Positions 1-10,709 of a DNA stretch of 64,000 nucleotides are shown here, piece after piece. The number at the start of each line of letters is the position of its first letter. Positions within the stretch are counted from its first letter, which is position 1. A model generated the notes under the pieces. That model was not told where the DNA came from and did no database searches. It was given only the letters and a program-made list of their open reading frames with translations. The stretch comes from TPA_inf: Saccharomyces. Its lineage: Eukaryota. The stretch is from the NCBI GenBank assembly GCA_000146045.2, contig BK006946.2:576001-640000 (forward strand), given 5' to 3'. Made by a program: the position numbers and the translations under genes.

Positions 1-1516
1 AGAGTTACTGAACCACTGGGCTCATCTTTTCAAAGAGGTAGATTCAATTTTTTTTGTGGGCGTTTATCACAGCGTTCCCTTAACTTTGCTATTAGCGAAA
101 TATATCGTGCAAAATAATGAAGTTCTAGAGTTTGATGAAAACACTACAGTGAGTGTATTGAGTTTCCAGTCATGTTTACAAGGCTATCGATTTTGGGACC
201 ACAGCACTGACTTTACTAGCAATAGTTATAATAACTTGGGTTCCAATTCCAGTACTAACGAAAATGATAGTAATGATCATGATTCAAATAATGATTTCAC
301 AACGAAGAGCCAACAAATCAAAGAAAAACAGTTATTTCAGGGCATTGACAAAAAGCAACAAGACACATTATCTAAAATCAAAAATTATAGGCGGATAGAT
401 TCTAGTGAATCTAAACTAGTTCAGGATGCATTGGATTGGCTCTTGTTCAATTGGGATACGTTTCGACTGACATTTTTTGGTAAGCTTTATGATAATTTTA
501 TGACAATTTCAGAAAAACTTGCTATAGATTATAATCACCCTAAAATCTTGAGAAATTTATGGTGCAATGGGAAGTACATGGGCATTGATTTAAAGAATGC
601 TAATAATTTAAACCTTGATACCGATGATGAAGCAACTAGTAACATTAATGACGTCCATGTAAGGACCCCTAATTTTGAATCGAGATTGAAGATTCCCACC
701 AACAGACTTTTCGAAATAACCTTATGGGATATTTTGATGATAACGGAGAATTTAGGATATAAACAATTTATTCCCATAATTAATTTACTAAGTCCTTTTT
801 TTATTTCAAGGTCATTTAATGATTACACATTGCCTCCAAATATTAGGAAACAGTACCAGAACAGCAACAAAATCTGGCTTCAAGAAATGGACAGTAAGTG
901 GAAAATGAATGGTCATCAACTCAATTACGACCAAAGGGAGGGTGAAAGTCTCGGTTCATCATCGGAATCATTATTGCCAGAGAATATTTCTACGGTAAAG
1001 GATTTTTTGCAGTTTGTGCAGTATCAAAACGAAAAATCTTCGGATTTCGTAAGGATATATTCAGACATTTATGATGACGATAAAGTCTATAAATGCTTTC
1101 TGTACAATACAATATTCACGAAAAACCCATTAAGTCGTAAGCATTTACGTTTAAACATCGACCTCGACACTCCTACAAGCATATTGAATACTGTCAATCA
1201 ATATGATTTGGTATGGAAAATTCATGATTCCTTCTCCAAATTGATTCAATTGAAAAATTTACCGCAGCGAGAGATACCACATGCGTTGAGGCTCTCCATC
1301 TCATTAAACTGCTTCTTGGATAGTACCACGAGTACTTCTGGCCCTGTTTTTCAGAGGGACACCGTGGAAGCTTTGAGAAGATTAACAGAGATTTGGCGAA
1401 CTTACCAGGATTGGTCTCCACCAACAAGGGGTTTGAAACACCTACGTGATATCCTGAGCGTTTTAGCCATGTATGACAACCCCAAAAACTTGATTAATGA
1501 TGTTCGACGTACATAG
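1..1516 (+). CDS. YMR160W: 3' portion of an uncharacterised ORF. The reading frame is open from window position 2, so the 5' end lies upstream of the window, and it stops at 1514-1516.
   Basis: Uninterrupted frame from the window edge to the TAG at 1516. It lies immediately upstream of HLJ1 in the same orientation. The symbol is assigned by synteny only. Confidence 0.5.
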   Translation, partial: ELLNHWAHLFKEVDSIFFVGVYHSVPLTLLLAKYIVQNNEVLEFDENTTVSVLSFQSCLQGYRFWDHSTDFTSNSYNNLGSNSSTNENDSNDHDSNNDFTTKSQQIKEKQLFQGIDKKQQDTLSKIKNYRRIDSSESKLVQDALDWLLFNWDTFRLTFFGKLYDNFMTISEKLAIDYNHPKILRNLWCNGKYMGIDLKNANNLNLDTDDEATSNINDVHVRTPNFESRLKIPTNRLFEITLWDILMITENLGYKQFIPIINLLSPFFISRSFNDYTLPPNIRKQYQNSNKIWLQEMDSKWKMNGHQLNYDQREGESLGSSSESLLPENISTVKDFLQFVQYQNEKSSDFVRIYSDIYDDDKVYKCFLYNTIFTKNPLSRKHLRLNIDLDTPTSILNTVNQYDLVWKIHDSFSKLIQLKNLPQREIPHALRLSISLNCFLDSTTSTSGPVFQRDTVEALRRLTEIWRTYQDWSPPTRGLKHLRDILSVLAMYDNPKNLINDVRRT

Positions 1517-1717
1517 TAGATTCGTATATAGCGGACCGCGTAACATATTATGGTATTTGTATAGTGGGTAACCCGCAGAGTAGGCTGGAAAGTATTCGTG
1601 AAGAACATAAAGGAAGCTGGCAGAAGTTCTTTTCATACACCTCTACTTCCAGAAGCCATAATAGCAGCAACGCTGTTTCTGCAATATAACTTGTGGAAGG
1701 TCTATAATAGGAAGAAC

Positions 1718-2392
1718 ATGTCTTTCACTGAGGATCAAGAAAAAATCGCGCTAGAAATACTGTCAAAAGACAAGCATGAGTTTTACGAAATTTTGAAGGT
1801 AGATAGGAAAGCCACAGATAGTGAGATCAAGAAGGCATACAGAAAACTAGCAATCAAATTGCATCCTGATAAAAACTCTCATCCAAAAGCGGGAGAAGCT
1901 TTCAAAGTAATTAATAGGGCATTTGAAGTACTAAGCAATGAGGAAAAGCGCAGTATTTATGACAGGATAGGTAGGGATCCTGACGATAGACAAATGCCAT
2001 CCAGAGGTGCTGCTTCAGGGTTCCGAGGAAGTGCAGGTGGGTCTCCAATGGGTGGCGGATTTGAAGACATGTTTTTCAATTCACGTTTCGGTGGTCAAAG
2101 AGCTGGACCACCAGAGGACATATTCGACTTTTTGTTCAACGCAGGCGGCAGCCCATTCGGCGCTTCACCATTTGGGCCTTCTGCTTCCACTTTTTCATTT
2201 GGAGGCCCCGGTGGTTTCAGAGTTTATACTAATAATCGTGGTGGCTCACCGTTCATGCGTCAACAACCCCGCTCAAGACAGCAGCAACAACAAGCAGAAG
2301 AAAATGCAGTGAATTCGCAATTAAAAAATATGCTCGTTCTTTTCATCATCTTTATTGTTCTTCCTATGATTAAAGATTACCTGTTTAGTTAA
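1718..2392 (+). CDS. HLJ1: Tail-anchored DnaJ (Hsp40) co-chaperone of the ER membrane, 224 aa.
   Basis: The first in-frame ATG at 1718 gives 224 aa. There is a J-domain ([31 protein letters not shown]...) with an HPD motif. A Gly/Phe-rich linker follows. The C-terminal hydrophobic anchor reads [14 protein letters not shown]. The track ORF starts at a GTG at 1598. Confidence 0.85.
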   Translation: MSFTEDQEKIALEILSKDKHEFYEILKVDRKATDSEIKKAYRKLAIKLHPDKNSHPKAGEAFKVINRAFEVLSNEEKRSIYDRIGRDPDDRQMPSRGAASGFRGSAGGSPMGGGFEDMFFNSRFGGQRAGPPEDIFDFLFNAGGSPFGASPFGPSASTFSFGGPGGFRVYTNNRGGSPFMRQQPRSRQQQQQAEENAVNSQLKNMLVLFIIFIVLPMIKDYLFS

Positions 2393-2950
2393 ACACAATA
2401 TTTTTACTGTCATTTTTTTATTATTTTCCAACGTTAGTCAAAGTTGTACTATAAAATAAAACTACAAGGAGCAAGCAAAATTGAAAAAACGCATTTGTAT
2501 ACTAGATGACATTTAGGTCATTCCTTCAGGCTTCCTGGCTATGTTTTATTTTGTTCCACAGTTTACCAGAAGGACATAATGGTATTAGAATTTTAATATA
2601 TCGAGGAAATTAAATCAGACAGTATAATACTTATAAACATCTTTATTTTCTGATAACTAATCATAGCATTTACGCCATACATTTACTTTTTCTTTTGACA
2701 CCGAAAGTAATCAAGCCACTTTTATAATTAGAGTTAGTTTATAGATAGTATTTAAAATTTGTGAAGATTTCCCATGCGTTGTGCCTTGCTTTCTCTCAAA
2801 ATACATCTTGTTAATTTTCTAATGTGTGGATGCCGAAATAATATTCGACTCAACAAATCAAGTAAGTCTTCTAAGCTCGCTACTAATTTCCAATAAAAGG
2901 TATATATATAAAAATGTTCTCAATAATGTAATTAAACAAGATCACGAGAA

Positions 2951-5900
2951 TTACTCCAGATCCTTTAGCCTTGCCTGAATAATCTGGTTCACATCTTCAT
3001 CTTCCACATTCCTCGATGGAAGCTTCAGTTTCTTCGTCAGTTTAGTAGTTATATTGCCGCCAATACTGTCTTTACTGCTTTGTGTTTTCAAGGATGGTCG
3101 CTTGATTAACTTGCCACTAGGTAATACCTCGTATCGTTCAGAGCTCTTTTTAGAAGAGTTTCCAAAGAAATTTTTTTTTGAGGAATGGTCTACATTCCCA
3201 TTTGACATTGAATATATGCTGCTGTTATGAGTTTTTGCACTTGCACGTGAATTAGTTCTTGGCCTTGAAAGAACTTTGTCTGTGTACCTTGTGAAAGTAC
3301 TGGGATCTTTATCCCACGTCCATCCTTGCCTCATTTCGCTATAGGCTCCTAGTTCCAGCTTCTTTCTGATATCACTTTTTTGTTCCAGCTCAGCAAAAAT
3401 ATCAGAATCTGATGGCCATATCATAACTTTGAATGTTTTGTAAACTATATCTAAAGTGATAGGTAACAGTGCCAACACCAAGCTAGTACACCAGAATGTA
3501 ATGTCTTTACCAAAATGATTGTAAAAGCCATATGCTACATCATATATTTGGTCAGTATTATTCAAAATAGGAAGGGCACAACACCACACTAACCAACCTC
3601 CACAGGATAGAACTACAGAAGTAAAAGCCAGCCAATTCCTATTGTGCATTTCAACAAATTGGGATTTAACGTTAATTAAGGCAACAATGGCTGTGAAATT
3701 GATGAGACCTAGAGGATACATAGTGTTATCTGAAAGAGAACTCATACCCCACATTACAACATTTAAAAATGTAATGATAAGAGAATTCGTAGTTGCCAAG
3801 ATAACCCACTCCATGAATATTAACCAATTAAAACCTTGTGAAAGGCGCCCGTACGAATATAATTCAGGGACTGTTAGTAGAGTCATTGGTTTCAAGTCTT
3901 TCTCAAACATACCAATACATAGAACCGGTAGTGATGTGAATAGAGTATTGAACATGGACAATGACCATGGCTCATATAGAGAGGAGCCTGAAAACATTGT
4001 ATATCTTTGATATATCAACTGCGTAAAGTAAAACGTAATTTCTTTGTAAAACGTGCAAAGCATAAACTTGGAGGTGCGAATATAGTTATAACGCCCATGA
4101 ACAAATAACAATTTCAAGAGAAACCGAAATTGGCCAATAGAATAATCAGATACTCTAGATGCTTGCAATCCCTCCTTACCGGCTATTCCAACACCTATAT
4201 CGGCAGATTGTATCATGGCAATATCATTCGCACCATCACCTATTGCCAACGTGACTAAGTTTGGATCGGTATTTCTTATGTTGGAAACCATAAGGGCTTT
4301 TTGAGAAGGTGAAGCACGGCAACATATTACCGAGTCTGTTTTAGTGCAAAGCTCAACAAATACAGACATGTATGTAGGATTTCCTTCAAACATGGCCATC
4401 GTGGCACCGTCAATTACAACAACGCAGTGTGCTATGTTTCCGGAATCAACTTCTTGAGAAACCGCATTCATCTTTGATATAATATTTTCATCAGTAGTAG
4501 TTAAAATGACTACCGTAGAATAATCTTTGATTAACATACACGAATACCCTATATTTATAGCCGTTTCCCTTTTATCCCCTGTTAGCATCCACATTTTTAT
4601 ACCGGCTCTTCTGATCTTTTCTATAGCTTCTGAAACGCCGTCTTGTAACTTGTCTTCGATTGCAGTTACCCCTAACAGATTTAAACCATCCTCGATTTCT
4701 GCACCTGCCTCATCGACTTTGATTTTTCTATCAGTAAGGGAGGTTTTGGCTTGGTGATAGCGTTTATTCCAATTTTCATACTGCCCAATATCGATCCATT
4801 TGTAAGCATAGACCAGAGTTCTTAAGCCTTCAGTCGAAAACTCATCGATGGCTTGCAAAGTTCTTTCAATAACATACTCTTCATTCAAAATTAACTCATC
4901 GCTTCCAATGTGCTCCAAAATTTCTGTATCGTAATCATGCTGTAGTCCTTCTTTTCTTGTGTCTATTGGGACATTGTTGTTCGGAAAATGTGTTCCATCT
5001 ATCGAAATTCGCGGCCCATATTTTTCTATTTGTTGCTTATGGAGTGACTTCCTGCTTTTATTTACAACGCTGCCAATCTCCTGATCAGATTTCTTGACCG
5101 TTTCTAGAAATTGATCAATGGAGTCAATTTGTTTCTCTGGATCACGGGTCCTGCTGTTCTTCATTGAAAGACTTTTTCTCACTGCCTGCAATGATAAACT
5201 TGCTCTCGGTACGCTAGACAAAGAATTTCTCAATGAGGTCCTGGCCATAGCCTCTTCATCTACCATTCTTTCCAGAGACTTTCTTTGCTGGAGAACCAGC
5301 TCTGCTTCTGCGTCTTTACGTTCTTTGGTACTGGTGCATATGTCTGCCATTTTTTTGGCAGCCAATTCGCGATCATGTAAACGCTCCATAATAACGTTAT
5401 CAGCACCTTTGCAAATTAAAAGAACTTGATTTGGTTGATTTGGCATACGTACAAGAACAGACATTCTCTTTCTTTGAGAATTGAAGTCAATATAGTTCAA
5501 AATTTCATAATTTTCCAATTTTGCTTCACCGTCAAAACCGTCTGGAAAAGTTTTAATGGTCAAAATCTGTGCATTTCTATTCAATACAATATAACCAAGG
5601 TCTCTAGCAGCGGTTACTAGTGCTAATTCATCTGGAGATGAAGACTGATACTCTATGGAGTCTTCTCCTATTGATTCGTTATGAGTTTTTTTGGGAAGAC
5701 AGCTATGACAAAGAGCTAATGATAAGAAGAAAAATTTAGCCTTTTGAGAAAACAGGGCGGTCGGATATCTTTGAATAAACTGAATTAAATCAAACGAACT
5801 TTTAATGTTCTCCGAAAATGTCTCGGAGGGTGAAATAACCGAAGCTTGTTTACTTAGATGTGAATTATCTTTCCCAAAAAGTGATCTCATACTGGGACGG

Positions 5901-7921
5901 CCTGTATAAATTGCTGATGAATTTCCCTTATATTCAATAGAATTCCTAGATTTAGGAAAGTTGTCCAAAGATGGACGATGCCCTTTTTCAATTGGTGCGT
6001 CCGAAAATCCTAACCGATCAAGAACATTTTGATCTCCAATGGAAACAACGTCTATACTAGAGCCGTTGTGAGCTTTTGGTGGTAGTCTCAAGGAGTTCGT
6101 ATTGTCTCTGTTGTCTTCAAAGTTATCCTCAGAATTACCGAGATCTACATTATGCAGCCAAGATGATCCACATAAAGAAAATTTCCGAAATATCATCTTA
6201 TTATCCGTCAGCGTTCCGGTTTTATCACTAAAAATATAAGATACTTGCCCCAATTCCTCCAGAATGGTGGCAGTTCTCGATTCGCATGGCGTGTTCGTTT
6301 CTGCATGGTACATGTCTATGTCCCATTCCATCATTTTACTTTGGACTACCTTGATAATTTCCATTGTTACATATAGGGACAAAGGAATCACAGTGTTATA
6401 CATGATGATAAAAGACATTATTGTGGGTGCTACGCCAGCATCTGCCTGAAATAGATACCATGCTTTGTTCTGGTCGATATATTTTTTCTTATGCAAAACA
6501 TGGCCAAGATAAGAAAATAAAGATATTGTGGCAACGACAAACACCATAAACACGATAATCATATTTATCTTCCTTTGTAGCTTAGGGGCTTTCGTTCTTG
6601 GGTTTTTTAAAGCATTCATTCTGATTTTTGTTTCCTCACCACTGAAAATGACCATACCAACAACATTTTGAGTATTCCTCAAAATACTACCACGATAAAT
6701 GACATTATCAGGACCTAGAGGGTATTTCATTATGGTATCATTGCGATGGTTTTTCAATTCAAGATTACCTTCAAAATTATATAAATCAATATTGGGATCT
6801 TCCACGGTAACTTGAGCATTAATATTTGCAAGACCTGATGCGGCTTTGGTTAACTTATTTAATTCTGGATGGGGTTGTTTACTTTTCAAATTTGTTTCGC
6901 CATCTAAAGCCATCGTTTCAACGAAACATTCGCTATTTTCGCCGTCACATGTCAATAAAAGCAGATCTGCAGGTACCCAATCATCTTGTGTGAGAAGTAC
7001 GAAGTCTCCAACACGAAGTTTTTCCCACTTCTTTTGATGAATATGAACATTGTATTTATTCTTGAGTAGTTCAAAGTTATTGAAGTGCGTGTCTAAGAAG
7101 TGTCCTTGAGAGGAGTTCCGATCATCGTTTAAAGGTGGATTATTTTCAGCAGCGGCCGATTTAGTTAGATATGCAGTGGATGAGACAACACTACTTGGTA
7201 GTGTATAAACTTCTTGTGCGTCATTATTTCCATCTTTAACCAACACTCCCACTGGTTTATTGTTCTCTTCCTTATCTAAACGATGTCTCCTGAAATCGTC
7301 CCAAGCCTCTCTTGTCATGGATATACCCATAAATACACATAAGGGGATAATAGTTGTATAAGTACCAGTTGTAGACCATCCAGGTATCATTTGTAATACT
7401 GCGACAATGAAAAAATAAGTATTGGCTAACTTTGAAAATTGTGCATACAACTGTCTAGGCAAAAAGGAATAGAATGTATATCTTGATGAAGTTATTCGGT
7501 TGTCGCAGTAAGGCTTGTTGAACCTTTCGTCTATCAAATGACCATCCCTTTTAGTAGCAGCTTGTTTGTATTCAATTGCATTATGATCTAATATAATCGG
7601 AATATGTCTACCGTCTTTCGAATGGAACGTCCTCCTTCGATCTAGGATAGTATCAAGTATTTTAGTGATAATGCTATATGACACATCAGGACTACCATAC
7701 TCTTCCATTTCATAATCCTCTTCAGCAGCATAATTGCCGCTTGTTTCATCTCTGTCATCTTTATCGTTATTATCGCTACCGGAGAACGTCTTACTCTCAT
7801 TTATATCTTCTAACTCTATCTCATCATCAGTTCTTCCGCGATATTTATCATACAAATGCTTGTTGAACATCTGCGTTCGTAGTGATGAAGATCTTCTTCT
7901 TTGCCCATCAGCTATGCCCAT
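2951..7921 (-). CDS. DNF3: P4-type ATPase (aminophospholipid flippase), 1656 aa.
   Basis: 1656-aa ORF with the P-type ATPase phosphorylation motif DKTGTLT and the GDGANDI hinge motif. It has multiple TM segments. The length and position match DNF3. Confidence 0.9.
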   Translation of the reverse strand: MGIADGQRRRSSSLRTQMFNKHLYDKYRGRTDDEIELEDINESKTFSGSDNNDKDDRDETSGNYAAEEDYEMEEYGSPDVSYSIITKILDTILDRRRTFHSKDGRHIPIILDHNAIEYKQAATKRDGHLIDERFNKPYCDNRITSSRYTFYSFLPRQLYAQFSKLANTYFFIVAVLQMIPGWSTTGTYTTIIPLCVFMGISMTREAWDDFRRHRLDKEENNKPVGVLVKDGNNDAQEVYTLPSSVVSSTAYLTKSAAAENNPPLNDDRNSSQGHFLDTHFNNFELLKNKYNVHIHQKKWEKLRVGDFVLLTQDDWVPADLLLLTCDGENSECFVETMALDGETNLKSKQPHPELNKLTKAASGLANINAQVTVEDPNIDLYNFEGNLELKNHRNDTIMKYPLGPDNVIYRGSILRNTQNVVGMVIFSGEETKIRMNALKNPRTKAPKLQRKINMIIVFMVFVVATISLFSYLGHVLHKKKYIDQNKAWYLFQADAGVAPTIMSFIIMYNTVIPLSLYVTMEIIKVVQSKMMEWDIDMYHAETNTPCESRTATILEELGQVSYIFSDKTGTLTDNKMIFRKFSLCGSSWLHNVDLGNSEDNFEDNRDNTNSLRLPPKAHNGSSIDVVSIGDQNVLDRLGFSDAPIEKGHRPSLDNFPKSRNSIEYKGNSSAIYTGRPSMRSLFGKDNSHLSKQASVISPSETFSENIKSSFDLIQFIQRYPTALFSQKAKFFFLSLALCHSCLPKKTHNESIGEDSIEYQSSSPDELALVTAARDLGYIVLNRNAQILTIKTFPDGFDGEAKLENYEILNYIDFNSQRKRMSVLVRMPNQPNQVLLICKGADNVIMERLHDRELAAKKMADICTSTKERKDAEAELVLQQRKSLERMVDEEAMARTSLRNSLSSVPRASLSLQAVRKSLSMKNSRTRDPEKQIDSIDQFLETVKKSDQEIGSVVNKSRKSLHKQQIEKYGPRISIDGTHFPNNNVPIDTRKEGLQHDYDTEILEHIGSDELILNEEYVIERTLQAIDEFSTEGLRTLVYAYKWIDIGQYENWNKRYHQAKTSLTDRKIKVDEAGAEIEDGLNLLGVTAIEDKLQDGVSEAIEKIRRAGIKMWMLTGDKRETAINIGYSCMLIKDYSTVVILTTTDENIISKMNAVSQEVDSGNIAHCVVVIDGATMAMFEGNPTYMSVFVELCTKTDSVICCRASPSQKALMVSNIRNTDPNLVTLAIGDGANDIAMIQSADIGVGIAGKEGLQASRVSDYSIGQFRFLLKLLFVHGRYNYIRTSKFMLCTFYKEITFYFTQLIYQRYTMFSGSSLYEPWSLSMFNTLFTSLPVLCIGMFEKDLKPMTLLTVPELYSYGRLSQGFNWLIFMEWVILATTNSLIITFLNVVMWGMSSLSDNTMYPLGLINFTAIVALINVKSQFVEMHNRNWLAFTSVVLSCGGWLVWCCALPILNNTDQIYDVAYGFYNHFGKDITFWCTSLVLALLPITLDIVYKTFKVMIWPSDSDIFAELEQKSDIRKKLELGAYSEMRQGWTWDKDPSTFTRYTDKVLSRPRTNSRASAKTHNSSIYSMSNGNVDHSSKKNFFGNSSKKSSERYEVLPSGKLIKRPSLKTQSSKDSIGGNITTKLTKKLKLPSRNVEDEDVNQIIQARLKDLE

Positions 7922-8270
7922 AATATTTTTTTCTTTTTAATAAAGAATGGAATTAAATTATCTACTTCAATTAGGATGTTTATTTGCTGTATGGAAGCTA
8001 TGTGTATATAACGATAAAGGTCAAATAAAAGAAATAACAAAAAAGAAAAGAGTGAATGAATAGTCCAAAAGCAATGGGGTAATTTGGCACTTGATCTTTT
8101 CTCAAGACTTCCTGCAATATTGAATTCTTCTTTGTTAAATATTCGCTTACTTAAAGCACTTGACAGACTGGGGTCGAAAATAACCCGGCTGCGCAGCCCG
8201 TCATTTGCTTATTTAGAAAATATGATTAAAGTGTAATTAGTTATTTCAAAGTACATATTAAAATATATTA

Positions 8271-10388
8271 TCATGAATCATTTCCTAGTAATCCTTTTAA
8301 TTCATACAAAAATGGGATAGTTTCTTCCGAAGATACTTTGCATTTGCTGAGAGGCCTGCTCTCAAGAAAGGCATCGTCTCTTAATGGTTTTTGAAAGCCA
8401 AACTTTACGGACATGGAAGCCTGAGCTTTTCTTAGCAATTCAAAGGACTTTGCAGTTCTTAGCCTTTCCCTGCCTTCACGGTTTTCTTGAGCCAATTTCA
8501 AAATTCTTTCATCTAACTTGCGTCGTAATTCGTTGTCAGAAAGTTGCTTGAAATCTGGTTTCCTACAACTATCCTTTCCGATAAAATCTACGCGGTGATT
8601 TTGGCGTGAACCGGCAGAACATTCCTCCTGACAGTCGTAGTCTTCATATTCCTCTAGTTCGGTGTCGTTTTCAAAAGAGTCATTCACCGATTCAGCAACA
8701 TCAATGAAGTCAACTTTCCTCTCTAAGCTAAGACCTTGTACTGACGAAGAACGGGGTGACTTTCTGCCTTTGAGGATATCCAGATGGAAACCATGGTTGA
8801 TTGTATTGGTTGGGGATACCTTTTGTATCCTAGAAATATTGCCACAAATTTTCGAGGTTTTCCAGAAAGTAATGAGCTCCTCCAACTTATCCTCAATGAT
8901 GTTCCTATCATTCTCTGTTATGCCATTTCGAATGTCAATAGCTAATAGATTGTTCTCGATCATTTTTAAGTAATTAAGTGCCTGAAACAATTTATCATTC
9001 TTTGAAAATGAACATACATTTGCTCTTTCACAACCAGTATTAGTTGATGTTTCTTCAGGAAATGCATACAATATTTGCTTATGGTCATTCAAAGACACCA
9101 GGACAGTGGAGAGTAGTGAATGTAATCCTCTTAATAGACTAACTATATTTTGGAATGTACCTATTGGATTATATTTTTTTTTGAGTTGCACCCTTGCCAT
9201 GTAATCTGGAAAGATTTTGTTTAGTGCGTTTCTCATGTTTACATTTGAAAGATTTTCGTTTCCTGTCATATCTAAAGACAGCAAACAACAGAGCATAAAT
9301 TTCTTTAGCAGTTTGAGACGATAAAGCTTACCATCAAGGTCTTTTACTGTGGTAGTATTATTATAGTAAAGATTTGGTACATCGATACCGTATAATTCAC
9401 AGTATTTCGATAGCTCACTTGTATCGCTAAAGATGACAATATCTGGAATGATTGATTTGAGTTTATAAAACAGTGCATCACTTGAGAATACTAGGAGCTC
9501 TTTTATCACAGATGAGTGCTCGTCAGCAATTGAAATAAGAGACACTCTTGATATAAAACTATGATTTTTTATTTCTTTAAATCGAAGATGATATTTATGA
9601 ATCATTACATCCACTTGTTGTAATGATTCGAGCACTTTCCGTACCTTTAATAAGGTTTTATAGCAAATCAAATGTCTTCGAAAGTATTCTTGCTGAATTG
9701 ATAAATACACTGCTACGAGTATTAAAATTACAACTCTCTTCAGACCTGGACTATTTTTTTTTCTACAGTATTTTTTCAACTGTGTAAGTACTCGATAAGA
9801 GGTTATAATCATCGAAAGGTAGTTGAAATTTTGTCTGAAATATAATTTTTTGTCCTCTGCTACCGCCAATTTACCATATTTTGTCGCCATAAATGGTACA
9901 GATTTGGGAGGTACATTCTTTAACAAAGTTGAGCTTTTATGAAAGTTCATAATAGATTGATCAAGATGTAGTGATAACCTGTAATGATTCATATCATTCA
10001 AAAAATGAGAAGTAATGATTGAATACCGAAATTCTTCAAAGAATTGGTGTGTTACACCGAATGGCTGTTGCATGAAAATTCTTGAAATAATATCATCCCA
10101 ATTAAAAAACTTCGTTGTTTTTCCTACGGTTATAGGTGAAAAAGTACAGTCATTAGATCCCACAATTGTAGGGGAGTATTCATGTAATACGCTGCGGCTG
10201 CTTAATAGGGACGGTTTTCGCCACGTAGAGTAAAATTCTTGACGATTGTTCTCGGTGACACCTATTATGTTATCACTATCAAGGGTTAGACTAGAACTCA
10301 TGAATCCATCCTCTTCGCTTGATTTCAGCATGGAAAAAATCTGTAAACCGGGAGCCTGCAAGGCGGATGGACGTGAGTTTGTTGTCAT
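8271..10388 (-). CDS. INP2: Peroxisome inheritance protein (Myo2 receptor), 705 aa.
   Basis: The first ATG, at 10388-10386 on the minus strand, gives 705 aa (MTTNSRPSALQ...). The track ORF extends to a TTG at 10442. Gene order is DNF3-INP2-tRNA-MSS11. Confidence 0.8.
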   Translation of the reverse strand: MTTNSRPSALQAPGLQIFSMLKSSEEDGFMSSSLTLDSDNIIGVTENNRQEFYSTWRKPSLLSSRSVLHEYSPTIVGSNDCTFSPITVGKTTKFFNWDDIISRIFMQQPFGVTHQFFEEFRYSIITSHFLNDMNHYRLSLHLDQSIMNFHKSSTLLKNVPPKSVPFMATKYGKLAVAEDKKLYFRQNFNYLSMIITSYRVLTQLKKYCRKKNSPGLKRVVILILVAVYLSIQQEYFRRHLICYKTLLKVRKVLESLQQVDVMIHKYHLRFKEIKNHSFISRVSLISIADEHSSVIKELLVFSSDALFYKLKSIIPDIVIFSDTSELSKYCELYGIDVPNLYYNNTTTVKDLDGKLYRLKLLKKFMLCCLLSLDMTGNENLSNVNMRNALNKIFPDYMARVQLKKKYNPIGTFQNIVSLLRGLHSLLSTVLVSLNDHKQILYAFPEETSTNTGCERANVCSFSKNDKLFQALNYLKMIENNLLAIDIRNGITENDRNIIEDKLEELITFWKTSKICGNISRIQKVSPTNTINHGFHLDILKGRKSPRSSSVQGLSLERKVDFIDVAESVNDSFENDTELEEYEDYDCQEECSAGSRQNHRVDFIGKDSCRKPDFKQLSDNELRRKLDERILKLAQENREGRERLRTAKSFELLRKAQASMSVKFGFQKPLRDDAFLESRPLSKCKVSSEETIPFLYELKGLLGNDS

Positions 10389-10635
10389 TATTAAGTTAAT
10401 CAACAAACGTTTCACAAGTAAGTAAAAACAAACTTGTTGCAATAAGCGTGAGGTATGCCGAGCAGTTATTGAGGGGGTGAGATTTTGACCTTTGATAAAA
10501 CTCCTATAACCGTCTAGTATCCGGTAGTCACCTAATCATTTATGATATTGGGTGAAGATGAATGTTTAGTTTATTTTCAGATCAAGTGTTTTTATTTACG
10601 TTTTGATGTTTTCATGCGGGATGTCTTCAAAAAAA

Positions 10636-10709
10636 TGATTTCGCCCAGGATCGAACTGGGGACGTTCTGCGTGTTAAGCAGATGCCATAACCGACTAGAC
10701 CACGAAACC
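10636..10709 (-). tRNA. tV(AAC): tRNA-Val, anticodon AAC, 74 nt, no intron.
   Basis: The reverse complement reads GGTTTCGTGGTCTAGTCGGTTATGGCATCTGCTTAACACGCAGAACGTCCCCAGTTCGATCCTGGGCGAAATCA. It contains a D-loop AGTCGGTTA, the anticodon loop CTTAACAC and a T-loop GTTCGATCC. A 7-bp acceptor stem forms with one G-U pair. Confidence 0.9.

Noticed and set aside
1598-1717. N-terminal extensions of HLJ1, INP2 (to 10442), MSS11 (to 13565), ECM5 (from 35701), MMT1 (from 40509) and SSO2 (to 51868) shown in the ORF track.
   Set aside because: In each case the track ORF begins at GTG or TTG (gtg at 1598, 13563-13565, 35701 and 51866-51868; ttg at 10440-10442 and 40509), not at ATG. The first in-frame ATG reproduces the known protein lengths (224, 705, 758, 1411, 510 and 295 aa).
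2007-2312. 101-aa ORF in an alternate frame of the HLJ1 Gly/Phe-rich region.
   Set aside because: It is fully contained in HLJ1 on the same strand in another frame. It arises from the GC-rich Gly/Pro codon run and has no independent support.
3642-4010. Antisense or alternate-frame ORFs of 100-136 aa inside DNF3 (3642-4010, 5118-5429), INP2 (8662-8973), PAH1 (14341-14751), ALD3 (23478-23825), HOT1 (31828-32211), YMR178W (43099-43410), SPT21 (45426-45743), SSO2 (50885-51265, 51808-52122) and HSC82 (57281-57589).
   Set aside because: Each lies fully inside, or hugs, a long well-supported gene on the other strand or frame. They have low-complexity or atypical composition and no recognisable motifs. 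Such ORFs are expected by chance in roughly 38% GC DNA.
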